Shown in pieces: positions 1 through 9,774 of a stretch of 64,000 nucleotides of DNA. Each line of letters begins with the position of its first letter. Positions within the stretch are counted from its first letter, which is position 1. The notes beneath the pieces are model-generated. The model was not told the origin of the DNA and did no database searches. It saw only the letters and a program-made list of their open reading frames with translations. The position numbers and the translations under genes are program-made. Origin of the DNA: Opitutaceae bacterium (lineage in GTDB: Bacteria > Verrucomicrobiota > Verrucomicrobiia > Opitutales > Opitutaceae); assembly GCA_002694885.1 (NCBI GenBank), contig NZNM01000056.1:6462-70461 (forward strand). The letters are read 5' to 3'.

Positions 1-2
1 AG

Positions 3-2651
3 GCATTTTTAGAAGACGAGCGACTTTTCGGCTCTTTCGTTTGGAAACTTACAGACAACATAAGCATCAGTGGAAATATAGAAACTGGTGAGCGATATGG
101 TGCTAACCCGGATATGACGCCCATCAACGATGGTATAACACCATGGATTGACATGGGAAAACCGATCACGATGGGAGGGGCGGACGCAGCCAATCAATTT
201 AGAGGTTCCGGCGACTACTCGACGGGCGTGCCGAACAGTAGATTTTGGACTGTTGCCTCGCCCGGTTCGAGCAGTGGTTTCGTAAGCTTTTTCAGTGCTG
301 ACCAGGCAGATCCCATATATGGCGGTAATGTTTTTATTAGAAAAAACCGTGGGGCACCAGGAGGAACTTCTGGTGAAATGATGATGGTTCAGCCTCGTGG
401 TCGTGCTGACACGATCCGCAGAGGTGGTACTTACCCCAATGGTGACCCTGTAGCAGCGGGCACGAAGAACTTTTTCGTAGGGGGCTTTCTATCCTCGCAG
501 ATAATTGACACTAGTATTTTCGATTATCGGAAAGAGTTATACACAGGTGGGGCTCACTCTCAAAACTCGGATTGGCAAGTTTACCAAGGATCAATTGAAG
601 GATCATGGTTCGATAATCGCCTGGGATTTGAATTTTCGATTTATGAGCAAAAGCACTTTTCGAAATCATCTAATCCCCTGCAGGGTAAAGTGCAGAGATC
701 GTTGTTCATAGACCCGAATATGTATCTCTTGGATACGGCTAATGGCCAAGCTGATGGTGCACTAGTGCCAAACCCTCATTTTGGAAAGCCAGTTATGGGC
801 GGTTTTTGGCAGGGTAATAACTTGAACAACGATCGTAAGTCGAACCGCGCAACGGGTTATGGTGAAATTCGTTTCGACGACTTTATGAGCGAAGGTGTGG
901 TATCAAAGGCCCTCGGACGGCTCAAGCTCACAGGTTTGATGCAAGGAAGAGTGCTTAGAGATTCCCAGTCGTACGGTCGTTACAAAATAGATCCGACAGC
1001 AGTTGTGGCGGCACTCCAAGGTGATACAGCGATGAGTTGGGCTTCCATTCGTACTGGAAGTCAGTTTGAAATGCCCCATAATCCAAGCATCGACTACCTG
1101 AATATCAATTCGATTAGTGATTTGAAGGGAGCGAATATTGGTGGACTAACATTTGGTCAGCAGAGGAATAGGCCTGTGGTGGATGGTAGTTGGAGAAGTT
1201 GGAGTCAATCGGCAGATGCCTTCGTAAATTTCAACGCTACTACTTTCAACATGGATGATAACAACAACATCCCAGCCTCATTTTATGCTGGGAAGGGGCT
1301 TGAGAAACTCGATTCAGTCGCCTTTGTCGGTCAGCATTATCTTTGGAACAATTCGATTGTGTTGACGGGAACATGGAGAAACGACCGCCTACGCACTAGA
1401 AACATTAGTGCACCAGGCGGTACTGGCATAACAAGGGAGGGGGATAAGTTAGATGACCCCACTTTTGTCGCTGGACCGCAAGACCCTACAGAAATAGCTG
1501 ACGAAGATACGACTTCATGGAGCACCACAATTCATTTACGTGAGCTTCTGGGAGATGTAATAACGGGTATGCCAGATGTAACACTCTACCATTCGGACTC
1601 GTCCAATTTTCAGCCGAAAGGAGGAAGGGTTAGTGTATTCAATGATCCTATTGACTCCATTGTCGGATCAACGAAAGAGAAGGGTATCATCTATACCACT
1701 GACGGGGGTGAATTCTCGCTACGTTTCAACAAGTTCGAAACTGGAATTTTAAACAATTCATTTGAAACGGGGCCTGTATCGGCAAGTGAGGCTATCCTCC
1801 TTGGCTTAGCCAGAGAGTTAGACAACCCAGCGAATGTTGCTCAAGGTTTTACAGCTTCCGATGCACAGGCAGTTTTGCCTCCGCAGGGAGTAATTGATGT
1901 CAACGGCTTTGTTCCAGATTGGGCTAACGCTGAAGCTACCACCAGCAGGGATAGTGGAGATACCGGAACTCAGGATTTCACGGCTGAGGGATATGAGCTT
2001 GAACTAACCTACAATCCAAGTGCGAGGTGGACTTCAATGGTTGGAATAGCTGAACAGGAAACTGTTCTTTCTAACATATATCCGCGGCTTCAGGCGTATG
2101 CTGACTCACACGTTACGCCAAACTGGGTGAACAGCTCGTTTGCACAAAATTATTTCATCGATGACCTCGGAACCGAAACCCTCGCAGAGAGAGCGACAAG
2201 TGCTATAATAACACCGCTAGCTGCTGCACGTACGCAAGAGGGCATTCCTTCTATTGAGCAAAGACAGCTGCGTATCAACTTTAACACTAGCTACAATTTT
2301 GGCACTGAAAGCGACTTAATACCTTCTTTGCTAGGTGATTTCACTGTAGGTGGTGGTTACAGATGGCAAGATAAAGTCGGCATCGGTTTTGGGGTATCTG
2401 AAAATGAATTCGGGAATATTGCCTACGATCCAACTATGCCTAATTATGGCCCAAAGCAGGACTTCGTTGATCTATTTTTCCGGTCGGAATATATGCTGGA
2501 TAAAGACCGCAGTTTGTCGATTCAGTTGAATGTCAAGGATCTGCTCGACAATGATGACCTCGTTCCTATCTACGCTAATCCGGACGGTACAAAGCTTTAC
2601 CGCTTCATGAGAGGGCGTTTGATAACCGTCTCGGCTACATTCGGTTTCTAA
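3..2651 (+). CDS. TonB-dependent receptor (Opitutae-type), C-terminal part; gene begins upstream of the window
   Basis: The frame is open from nt 3 (AFLEDERLFGSFVWKL...) into the 114..2651 ORF. Alternating beta-strand pattern; ends in an outer-membrane beta-signal (LITVSATFGF*). Confidence 0.85.
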   Translation, partial: AFLEDERLFGSFVWKLTDNISISGNIETGERYGANPDMTPINDGITPWIDMGKPITMGGADAANQFRGSGDYSTGVPNSRFWTVASPGSSSGFVSFFSADQADPIYGGNVFIRKNRGAPGGTSGEMMMVQPRGRADTIRRGGTYPNGDPVAAGTKNFFVGGFLSSQIIDTSIFDYRKELYTGGAHSQNSDWQVYQGSIEGSWFDNRLGFEFSIYEQKHFSKSSNPLQGKVQRSLFIDPNMYLLDTANGQADGALVPNPHFGKPVMGGFWQGNNLNNDRKSNRATGYGEIRFDDFMSEGVVSKALGRLKLTGLMQGRVLRDSQSYGRYKIDPTAVVAALQGDTAMSWASIRTGSQFEMPHNPSIDYLNINSISDLKGANIGGLTFGQQRNRPVVDGSWRSWSQSADAFVNFNATTFNMDDNNNIPASFYAGKGLEKLDSVAFVGQHYLWNNSIVLTGTWRNDRLRTRNISAPGGTGITREGDKLDDPTFVAGPQDPTEIADEDTTSWSTTIHLRELLGDVITGMPDVTLYHSDSSNFQPKGGRVSVFNDPIDSIVGSTKEKGIIYTTDGGEFSLRFNKFETGILNNSFETGPVSASEAILLGLARELDNPANVAQGFTASDAQAVLPPQGVIDVNGFVPDWANAEATTSRDSGDTGTQDFTAEGYELELTYNPSARWTSMVGIAEQETVLSNIYPRLQAYADSHVTPNWVNSSFAQNYFIDDLGTETLAERATSAIITPLAAARTQEGIPSIEQRQLRINFNTSYNFGTESDLIPSLLGDFTVGGGYRWQDKVGIGFGVSENEFGNIAYDPTMPNYGPKQDFVDLFFRSEYMLDKDRSLSIQLNVKDLLDNDDLVPIYANPDGTKLYRFMRGRLITVSATFGF

Positions 2652-2699
2652 TCTTCGAAAATCGAATAGAAACGCAGAGTAGTATTATCCGCAATTTGC

Positions 2700-2732
2700 A
2701 TCGGCTTCCCCTAAAGGGAAGCCGATTTTATT
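2700..2732 (+). terminator. Rho-independent terminator after the TonB receptor
   Basis: Stem ATCGGCTTCCC / loop CTAAA / GGGAAGCCGAT followed by a T-rich tract, about 50 nt after the stop. Confidence 0.85.
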
Positions 2733-2957
2733 TGGTGAATCCAGCAACGCTTGGCCCTCGGTGTGCCTAGTCTCAACCCTGACTTAAAATGCTTTTACGA
2801 GCTTGTTTATTACGCTGCAAATCTTAAACTAGAACTAGAACCGGGGGCTGAGCTCGCTTATGGAGAAGGTACTGATTTTTTATGACGGCTTAGTAGATTC
2901 TACAATTTTAATTGTAGATCTTAACCCGATCTAATTGGGAGGTTAGATCTATCAGCC

Positions 2958-5276
2958 TTAGCAGTTGATTCCAGGCACTCGCCAAATGTAATCGGGATCG
3001 ACATGCGGGGTGTCGTTTTCACGACCCTCCATCAGGGCGATCTTTTTGCGGATTAGATCAGCTATGTTGTCACCGTAGATGAATGTCGTTTCTCCAACCT
3101 CGGATTGAACCATCCATTCAGTTTTGGCACTTTCCACATGAGCGAGAAGCAGCTGGGCATTCGCTTTTTCGTCTAGCACGGTCTCTCGCACCAAATTTTG
3201 GCACCGTTTTTTCTCCTCAGGTTTATCGGATTCGATGTAACCATGAACGCCTTCGATCCAGGCGGCGATATTTCGCTGGGAACGGAGCCAGGATTGGCTG
3301 CCCTTGAGCCGCTCTAAGTGATGTATCCAAGCATCACTAGCGCTTGCATCCGAATTGGCCGAAGCCAGTCCAGCTTCAGCCAATTCGATTGCCTTTGCTA
3401 TGGCGGGCAGCGAGTCGTTGGTCATCGCGTGTCTGCATTTGCCCGCGTATTCGGGCGTGCAGAATTCGAAATTTATCTCCCGTCGGAAATCGGTGCGAAT
3501 GCGGTTGTTGACATGTCCCAGGTGAAAATCCTCGTAGTAGGCGCGTTCGTCTTCGCTCAGGGCTTCGAAATTAGGGACGAACGGTCGAACCAAAATGCGA
3601 TACCAAGTACACCAAATGGCCAATACATTGACTGGGGCCGGGAAACTCCGATAGGCATTGTCGGCCTGTAGCCAAAGATCTACGAGCTGATCCGCCCCTT
3701 CTTTTCCAACCCACTTTACTGCCTTGCGCTTCAGTAATTCATCCAGCGGCAGTGACGGCTCATTTTGGAATGCTTGGATCACTTCCTGGTTTATATTGTA
3801 GGGAGCCAGGGTGGCGGGTGTCGAGCCGCAGAGGCCGGCGATATGTGATGCCTCCTGGGCGTGTAAGTCGCGCAGTTTTTCCCAAAGCATTTTTGGATAC
3901 ATAGGCGCCTTGACCGGTTCCATGTTCCAGAAAGATCCCGGGCTAAAGTAAAGGTGGGCATTGGAGCCCTTCGACTCAAGCAGCTCTTTTCGAGGCTTTT
4001 CCCGGGCGTCGAACTGATTGAATAGACCAGAAAAGGTGAACTCCTTAGCCCAGTTGTATTTTGGGTGATGGTAGTCAGCGTCAAAACCCTTGCTGACGAG
4101 AGTATTGGTCTCTAGCTCGATTCCGTCTTCGACTTGGTCCCAAAGATGATCCTGTTCTGCGTAAAACATCTCGCTGCGGAGCATACAGCTGAAGCGCGGA
4201 TTAACGCTGCGACCGGCATCGCGAATCGTTTTCATGAAACGGATAATGTTAGTCGCTGCTGCTTGGGCGATTTCGTCGTCGCTTTTGAATTCACGAATGA
4301 CGTAGCCGCCGCCGTTGCGTCCCACGTAGAGTGAGCTCGTGTATTCGAAACCGGCTCCGCTATCGTTCGACCAGATAGACATGTAGTCTATATTGGGAGC
4401 AGCTTTAACTATTTTGGTGAGCATCTCGGTGTAGTGTTCGAGAACGACTGGGTGGGCAGTTGTGAGGTTGTACCGAGGTCTAAAGCTTCTAAGCGGATGA
4501 TCGACTCTCGCTCCGCGTAGCATTGGATAACGCTGAAGCAGCTCGTCTGGAACAGAACGCGGTTCGAAAGAAAGAATGCCCGCTCGTAGGCCATACTTTT
4601 CCGCGAGCTGAGCGGAATGGACCAGCTTCCGCAAATTGGCCTGCAGGTAGTCGAAGGGATAGATACCCTTATTCAGCTTGCTGTAGACGAACTGGTCCAA
4701 GGCCGGGCAGTAGGTGTAGAATAGATACAGCAATTCTTCGGGAGCTGCTTTTTCATATGGGAAGTTGGCCGCGTAGCCGTTCACTTCTATGTGTGTATAG
4801 CCTTGGCGGGCCATTTCGCGTATATGGTCTTCGGGGTCGAATCCTTTAGCCGTCCGAGCATGGTTATTAAGCAGGGAATCGTAAGCTGGACGAAGCATCT
4901 TGAAGGCTGGCGTTATCAACTTTCCTTCGGAGAACTCGGATAGTTCGCGATCCGGCCATTCATAGACTACTTGGCAGGCCAACCTGTAGAGAAACCAAGT
5001 ATGGGAAACGAAAAGTTGAAGCGACTGATCGGACTCCGCTATCACGAACATCCAATCCTCTTTGCTTTGAATAGGCAGGTTCCGGGCTTCCGCTTCGTTT
5101 TCGCTAAGAACGCCGACTGTAATCCTTGGCTCTGTACCGAGAGGATCTCTGTTATTGATAGTCGCTTCCTCAGCGAGCGATTCCTGTAGAAATTCAGCAG
5201 TCGTCGTCTCGACAGGAATCGAATCGTGAAGACGGGTGATAGATTTGGCAGACTCTAGAAATTGGGCTATTTTCAT
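2958..5276 (-). CDS. Hypothetical 772-aa protein, possibly a glycoside hydrolase-like (beta/alpha)8 enzyme with an N-terminal GH20/GH67-like domain
   Basis: Long ORF with natural composition. The N-terminal segment followed by HIREMARQGYTHIEV and YMSIWSNDSGAGF resembles barrel CAZymes. No family assigned with certainty. Confidence 0.6.
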   Translation of the reverse strand: MKIAQFLESAKSITRLHDSIPVETTTAEFLQESLAEEATINNRDPLGTEPRITVGVLSENEAEARNLPIQSKEDWMFVIAESDQSLQLFVSHTWFLYRLACQVVYEWPDRELSEFSEGKLITPAFKMLRPAYDSLLNNHARTAKGFDPEDHIREMARQGYTHIEVNGYAANFPYEKAAPEELLYLFYTYCPALDQFVYSKLNKGIYPFDYLQANLRKLVHSAQLAEKYGLRAGILSFEPRSVPDELLQRYPMLRGARVDHPLRSFRPRYNLTTAHPVVLEHYTEMLTKIVKAAPNIDYMSIWSNDSGAGFEYTSSLYVGRNGGGYVIREFKSDDEIAQAAATNIIRFMKTIRDAGRSVNPRFSCMLRSEMFYAEQDHLWDQVEDGIELETNTLVSKGFDADYHHPKYNWAKEFTFSGLFNQFDAREKPRKELLESKGSNAHLYFSPGSFWNMEPVKAPMYPKMLWEKLRDLHAQEASHIAGLCGSTPATLAPYNINQEVIQAFQNEPSLPLDELLKRKAVKWVGKEGADQLVDLWLQADNAYRSFPAPVNVLAIWCTWYRILVRPFVPNFEALSEDERAYYEDFHLGHVNNRIRTDFRREINFEFCTPEYAGKCRHAMTNDSLPAIAKAIELAEAGLASANSDASASDAWIHHLERLKGSQSWLRSQRNIAAWIEGVHGYIESDKPEEKKRCQNLVRETVLDEKANAQLLLAHVESAKTEWMVQSEVGETTFIYGDNIADLIRKKIALMEGRENDTPHVDPDYIWRVPGINC

Positions 5277-5517
5277 GTTGCTTTGGCCTCAGCGGAATTG
5301 GGCGAATAAGGGTACTGCGGCGTGGCACCGTTGAAAACTGAAGCGGAGTAATCGATTTTCTTTTAGCTTTACGATAAATACCTCGATGGCTCTCAAAGAG
5401 TGCCTGAATTTGAACTTTTTTAGGTGAAGCGGATACTGATTTGCAGGCTTCGCGGCTTGATTATAAACCAGCGATTCAAAGACAGCACATGGTCGATACC
5501 TGGTAAGAAAGCGATTT

Positions 5518-5580
5518 TAGGAGCGGGTTTATCCCGCGATACAAAATAGTCTATTCAATCGCGGGCTAAACCCGCTCCAA
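5518..5580. repeat. REP-like inverted doublet
   Basis: TAGGAGCGGGTTTATCCCGCGAT ... ATCGCGGGCTAAACCCGCTCCAA; shares CGCGGGCTAAA with 58941-58965. Confidence 0.75.
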
Positions 5581-5634
5581 CGATGAGGATGTCGATAGCC
5601 ATGGGGTCTAATTTGCGACATCAGCATCCACCCT

Positions 5635-7626
5635 CTATCGCGAAAGCGCCTGCGGGCTCGGTTCGCCTTGAATGACGAGGTAGCGGCCAGCTTCAAGACC
5701 TTCGATAATCGTATGCGTTTTCGGATTGGATTGCCATTCGATGACCACTTTGGATGCTCGATCAGCGGCGTTCAGCCCAACATGGATAATGGCTTCGTTT
5801 TGCTTTCCGGAGTGCCCTGCCGGTCCCAACAATTGTCTGCTCTGTACGACCTCAGGTGTACCAGGATCGCCGTCCGTGTCTGCAGTAACTCGAACGATCG
5901 CTCCGAATGCCTCGGAGGATACTCCTCCTTTTGGATCGCCTTGGAGATGAAGAATAATTGATGCGCGCCCGTTGCTGGACTCATTTAGATATAGTCTAGC
6001 TCGAGGTTCGGGCGGTCTGTCATCGTTCGAATTCGGCGAAAGGGCGCCGCTTTCGATCGACGCTTTAATACGTTGGGATCGAGTTAGTCGATTGAAGCTC
6101 TGGCCTACTAGCAAATCGAGGTCTCCATCGAGATCTACATCCGCTAGCGAGGGCATGCCTGCTCCGACATGGTCAAGCCCAAGGTCGCTAGTGACGTCAA
6201 GGAATCGGCCATCCGTTTGCTGAAAATAGATGCGAAGCCGCTCGTCATGAGGAGGTGGGTCTGGATAGTCTGAGGAGCAGAGAACGAGATCCAATCGCCC
6301 ATCGTGATTGAGATCCGCAAGCTCTGCATAAATGTCGCCTTGATTGTAGGATGTGTGCTCTTCGGTTAGGGGAACGCCAGGGTCAGGAAGATCGGGAATA
6401 CGGTCTACCGATAGGTGTTCGAATGTCGCAAAGCTAAGCTCGCCCGTCTCGCTGAGCTGGTTGACTAAAAACCGAGAACGATCGGAAGATTCTCCCGCCC
6501 AGGCGTGGATGATAGTGGATACAAAGAGATCGAAATCTCCGTCATTGTCGATATCGCCGACAGCGCAATCGAACGTGTTCCCGTTGGAGCGGAACGGGGC
6601 CTCGTCGGGACGTTGCGAGCGTGGATGGGCGTTGGCTTGATCGCGGTTCCATTTCGGATGCCGACCGTGGCGAATCCCATCTCCATCCACCTTTGTTGCC
6701 GAAGCTATATTTTCGCCAACAAGCTGCCGGACAAGGTGATCCCTGATAGCGTCGGAATCGTTTGGCGCTAAAGGACCTGGTTTGTTCTCTGTCCACTGAA
6801 TCTCCTTGATGGGACCGCGGAGAGCCATTCGGTAGAGCCTATTCCAACGTCGGCCGTAGTTTAGTTCCAGAACCATGGGCAATCCGCTGTCAAGACGGGT
6901 AATCGCTACCCCGTAGGTCGGTCGGCCTCCTAGGTCGTCATGAAAGTCGGTAGGCGACGTTTCCAATGGGAAGGGCCAACGGGTAAAGCCAGGTTCCCCA
7001 TCTGTAGTTGGATATTGGATCAAAAGATCATTCGAAAACGCTTCGTATCCAGTGAAATATCGCTGGTACCAATTTCCGAAAAGGCAGTCGAGCAATCCAT
7101 CTTGGTTGACGTCGCCGATCGCGATTGCTCGCGTTGTCGTCAGCGGAGCCTTTTCGAATATCTGGGCCTGGCCAAACGACCCGTCGCCGTTGCCAGGCAT
7201 CCAGGCGGACCGTTTGGGGCCTGATACGGGTGGGGAATAGTCGTCTTGATAGATGTCGTTGTATCGGCTGAGGATCGCGTCCTTGATGCCATCGTTGTCT
7301 AGATCCGCGAAAACCAAGGTGTCGGCCGTTCGCGCGGCAGGGAGCTGCGTAGCCGACGCTATCTGGAATTGAAAACCGATTCCCTCTCCTGACGGGCTTG
7401 GTTTGTTCAAGAATACTCGAGGCGCGATGCCGGGTCCTGATTTCGGCAGAATCACCGCATCGGGACGTTGGTCGGAGTCGAGATCCACGAATTTCACCAA
7501 GGAAACAGCCTGTCCCTCGAGTCCGGCGGAAATCGTGGCATCGACCCACCTCTCAGCGGAAACCGGGACCACCAAGGTGGCAAGCGCGCCGACGAAAAAG
7601 AGAAGCGGATTTCGAAAAGCGGGCAA
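5635..7626 (-). CDS. FG-GAP/VCBS repeat protein with C-terminal ASPIC/UnbV-like domain (CRTAC1 family), secreted
   Basis: Repeated DxDxDG motifs (DLDNDGIKD, DVNQDGLLD, DIDNDGDFD, DLNHDGRLD, DVDLDGDLD); C-terminal HVGL...VIEW UnbV-like pattern. Start moved to TTG at 7626, just before a signal-peptide-like stretch. Confidence 0.8.
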   Translation of the reverse strand: MPAFRNPLLFFVGALATLVVPVSAERWVDATISAGLEGQAVSLVKFVDLDSDQRPDAVILPKSGPGIAPRVFLNKPSPSGEGIGFQFQIASATQLPAARTADTLVFADLDNDGIKDAILSRYNDIYQDDYSPPVSGPKRSAWMPGNGDGSFGQAQIFEKAPLTTTRAIAIGDVNQDGLLDCLFGNWYQRYFTGYEAFSNDLLIQYPTTDGEPGFTRWPFPLETSPTDFHDDLGGRPTYGVAITRLDSGLPMVLELNYGRRWNRLYRMALRGPIKEIQWTENKPGPLAPNDSDAIRDHLVRQLVGENIASATKVDGDGIRHGRHPKWNRDQANAHPRSQRPDEAPFRSNGNTFDCAVGDIDNDGDFDLFVSTIIHAWAGESSDRSRFLVNQLSETGELSFATFEHLSVDRIPDLPDPGVPLTEEHTSYNQGDIYAELADLNHDGRLDLVLCSSDYPDPPPHDERLRIYFQQTDGRFLDVTSDLGLDHVGAGMPSLADVDLDGDLDLLVGQSFNRLTRSQRIKASIESGALSPNSNDDRPPEPRARLYLNESSNGRASIILHLQGDPKGGVSSEAFGAIVRVTADTDGDPGTPEVVQSRQLLGPAGHSGKQNEAIIHVGLNAADRASKVVIEWQSNPKTHTIIEGLEAGRYLVIQGEPSPQALSR

Positions 7627-7640
7627 GGCGGAATCAGGAA

Positions 7641-8465
7641 TTAATCCGAGGCCTCGTCGAGGCGCTCGACCGTATCCAAAAGTATGCGCAAACGGCGAAG
7701 ATCCTCGCGAGTCGACTCCAATAGGGGAAAGACATGCGTCTCTAGAGTAATGTGCTCGATGGGCCGATCGTTTGTCAGGGCTTGGATTTGCCCGAGCCAG
7801 TTGACGCCTCCATCTCCGATTAGCAGGTTCTCCCACTTGTCGGGAGGAACTGGGATAGTATCTTTGACATGCACGTTCAGAATATAAGGGAGCACCGCCC
7901 GGTAGCCGATTGGGTAAGCGGCCTCTCCGGAGCTAACAGCGTTTCCAGGATCCCAGTTGATACCTACGCTCTCCAGTCCGATAGCTTTGACGAGGGCGGC
8001 GGTATTCTCGCCGGTATCCGCGTAGAAGCCTGGCTCGTTCTCGACTGCCATTTTTAGCCCGTGGTCGACGACTATCTGGCCCGCTTTTTTCAAAATATCG
8101 ACCGCTTTGGCCTCTGATCCTTCTGTGGATCTCATAAAACTGAATACAACGATATTGGGCGCTTTGAGACGTTGAGCCATCTCGCAGGTTCGAGGCAGTA
8201 TGTCATCAAGCTCAGCGGCAATTGCCTCTTGTTCGGAAAGCCTTCGTTTGAAAAGGCCGGGGGCGAGGGCCGTGAGCTCCAATTCGCCTGCATCGATCTC
8301 AGCCTTTAGGCGTTCCTCGGTTCCCGCTGGAAGGTTGGGCACTCGTTTCTCGTAGGAGTCGACGCAACGCAGCTCGTATTTTCGAAACCCGAGAGCCTTC
8401 CCCTCAGTTAGGGCCTCATTCAGGTCAAGAGAGATTTCGTCAGTCAGTATTCCGATTTCTAGCAT
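7641..8465 (-). CDS. Sugar phosphate isomerase/epimerase (xylose isomerase-like TIM barrel, AP_endonuc_2)
   Basis: MLEIGILTDEIS start; metal motifs AVENEP, NWDPGN, HVKD, LETH. The ORF-track extension to 8642 runs through a repeat. Confidence 0.85.
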   Translation of the reverse strand: MLEIGILTDEISLDLNEALTEGKALGFRKYELRCVDSYEKRVPNLPAGTEERLKAEIDAGELELTALAPGLFKRRLSEQEAIAAELDDILPRTCEMAQRLKAPNIVVFSFMRSTEGSEAKAVDILKKAGQIVVDHGLKMAVENEPGFYADTGENTAALVKAIGLESVGINWDPGNAVSSGEAAYPIGYRAVLPYILNVHVKDTIPVPPDKWENLLIGDGGVNWLGQIQALTNDRPIEHITLETHVFPLLESTREDLRRLRILLDTVERLDEASD

Positions 8466-8559
8466 GGTCTGTAGACATCCATCAAAGGATATTTGGCCTA
8501 GCGATTTACGAGCGATTCCAAGATCGTTTTCCGGTAAAGCGTACAGGATTAGGATTAGT

Positions 8560-8636
8560 TGTAGGTAGCTCGCTTGCGAGCGATCGTTTTCCTGGAATGG
8601 GCCCTGGTTGATTCGCTCGCAAGCGAGCTTCCTGCA
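8560..8636. repeat. REP-like inverted doublet, copy 1 of family TG(T/C)AGG(T/A)AGCTCGCTTGCGAGCGA
   Basis: 24-bp arms 8560-8583 and 8613-8636 (2 mismatches); second copy at 60118-60194. Confidence 0.85.
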
Positions 8637-8736
8637 CAGCATACCTTTTGAGTAGATGAGAACTTGTCTCCAGCGATCGAGCTCTTCCGTTCAAACAGCG
8701 TCCAATCTGTACGTAAATCACTTTGATAGGATCAGG

Positions 8737-8761
8737 GTAGGGAGGACCGGCTCGGTCCTCC
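8737..8761 (+). repeat. GTAG-capped REP hairpin, family GTAGGGAGGAC
   Basis: GTAG GGAGGACCG GCT CGGTCCTCC; related copies at 33696, 40541 and 40611. Confidence 0.8.
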
Positions 8762-8817
8762 ACTTTGGGTCGCGAATGCCGGTTCTCTTCTACTGATCAG
8801 GACCATTCCACCTGCGC

Positions 8818-9669
8818 CTAGGCTCGCCGTTTTCCTCCGGTCGCCTTTTGCCTGAATTCGGTTGGGGATTGGCCCGTTAGTCGCTTGAAGGTCTTGGAAA
8901 AGTGGAAAGGGTCGCAGAATCCGAGCTCGTCGGCCAGCTCTTGGAAGGTGTGCGTTCCCTGGTAGATGGCGGATTGGGCGAACTCAATTCGCTTCTGATT
9001 TTGGAATTTGGCGGGCGCGACTCCACGGGCCCTGGCAAAACGCTTTCGAAAGTTCTCGTAGCTTAAACCGACACGGCGAGCGACTTCCTCGGGAGCGATC
9101 CAGAGGCCCTCCATCGGTCCCGATAGCATCTCGGTCGCCGTATCGATTCGCGAGGCAGCGCTATCGATTTTGGCTTCCGAATCTCGAGTTTTCATTTCGA
9201 TTAGAAGCTGGCTGAATTGTCCGAGGATCTTGAGGCTTTGAGTAGGAAATCTATTTCGGGTGGAGTTTAGGCGCTCCTCTACGCGCTGATTCCAGTAGGT
9301 TATGCTATCGAGTTGCCATATTGGTTGACCGGGATCCAAGACACCCGCTTGCCTTAGCAATTCGAATTGAGGGCCATTGAAGATAGCGTAGGTGTGGGAC
9401 CAATCATTCTCCTGCATAGCCCCGTAGGCGTGGGCCAGCTCGGGAAAGACGATGATAGCGTCTCCAGTCTCGAGTTCCGTATCGATGCCGTGGGAGTCCT
9501 TGTAATAGGCAGTGCCGGATAGAATGAGAACTAGAGCATAGTCTCCCAAAATACGCATATTACCTGGATCGATGCCCGGGGTGTCATGGAGTTCGCCAGC
9601 GTGCAATATCGATCCTATTTCACTCGTAATAGGGGTTGAAACCCAAGTTTTGTATCGAGGTTTTTCCAC
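8818..9669 (-). CDS. AraC family transcriptional regulator
   Basis: N-terminal cupin-like ligand domain; C-terminal double HTH (EEVARRVGLSYENFRKRF; ELADELGFCDPFHFSKTFKRLTGQSP). Confidence 0.95.
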   Translation of the reverse strand: MEKPRYKTWVSTPITSEIGSILHAGELHDTPGIDPGNMRILGDYALVLILSGTAYYKDSHGIDTELETGDAIIVFPELAHAYGAMQENDWSHTYAIFNGPQFELLRQAGVLDPGQPIWQLDSITYWNQRVEERLNSTRNRFPTQSLKILGQFSQLLIEMKTRDSEAKIDSAASRIDTATEMLSGPMEGLWIAPEEVARRVGLSYENFRKRFARARGVAPAKFQNQKRIEFAQSAIYQGTHTFQELADELGFCDPFHFSKTFKRLTGQSPTEFRQKATGGKRRA

Positions 9670-9674
9670 TCTAA

Positions 9675-9725
9675 TTTTATCCCAAATTGTACATGCTTAT
9701 TCCCAAATCAACCATTTATTGGGAT
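9675..9725. promoter_or_regulatory. Candidate AraC-type operator: direct repeats at 21-bp period plus an inverted half-site
   Basis: CCCAAAT at 9681 and 9702 (21-mers match 13/21) and ATTGGGAT at 9718-9725, in the divergent intergenic region. Confidence 0.55.
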
Positions 9726-9774
9726 GCAGAGATGGGCTATCATTTCCCTGTTACCGCTTAAACCATTTCAGACT

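Noticed and set aside
2899-2918. AT-rich palindrome TCTACAATT-TT-AATTGTAGA
   Set aside because: Lies between convergent genes with no promoter context; could be a weak terminator or chance.
7627-7836. N-terminal extension of the 733-aa ORF
   Set aside because: Overlaps the isomerase gene in another frame; the signal peptide starts near 7626.
8466-8642. N-terminal extension of the isomerase ORF (MLCRKLACERIN...)
   Set aside because: Translated REP doublet; the same peptide appears in spurious ORF 60021..60875.
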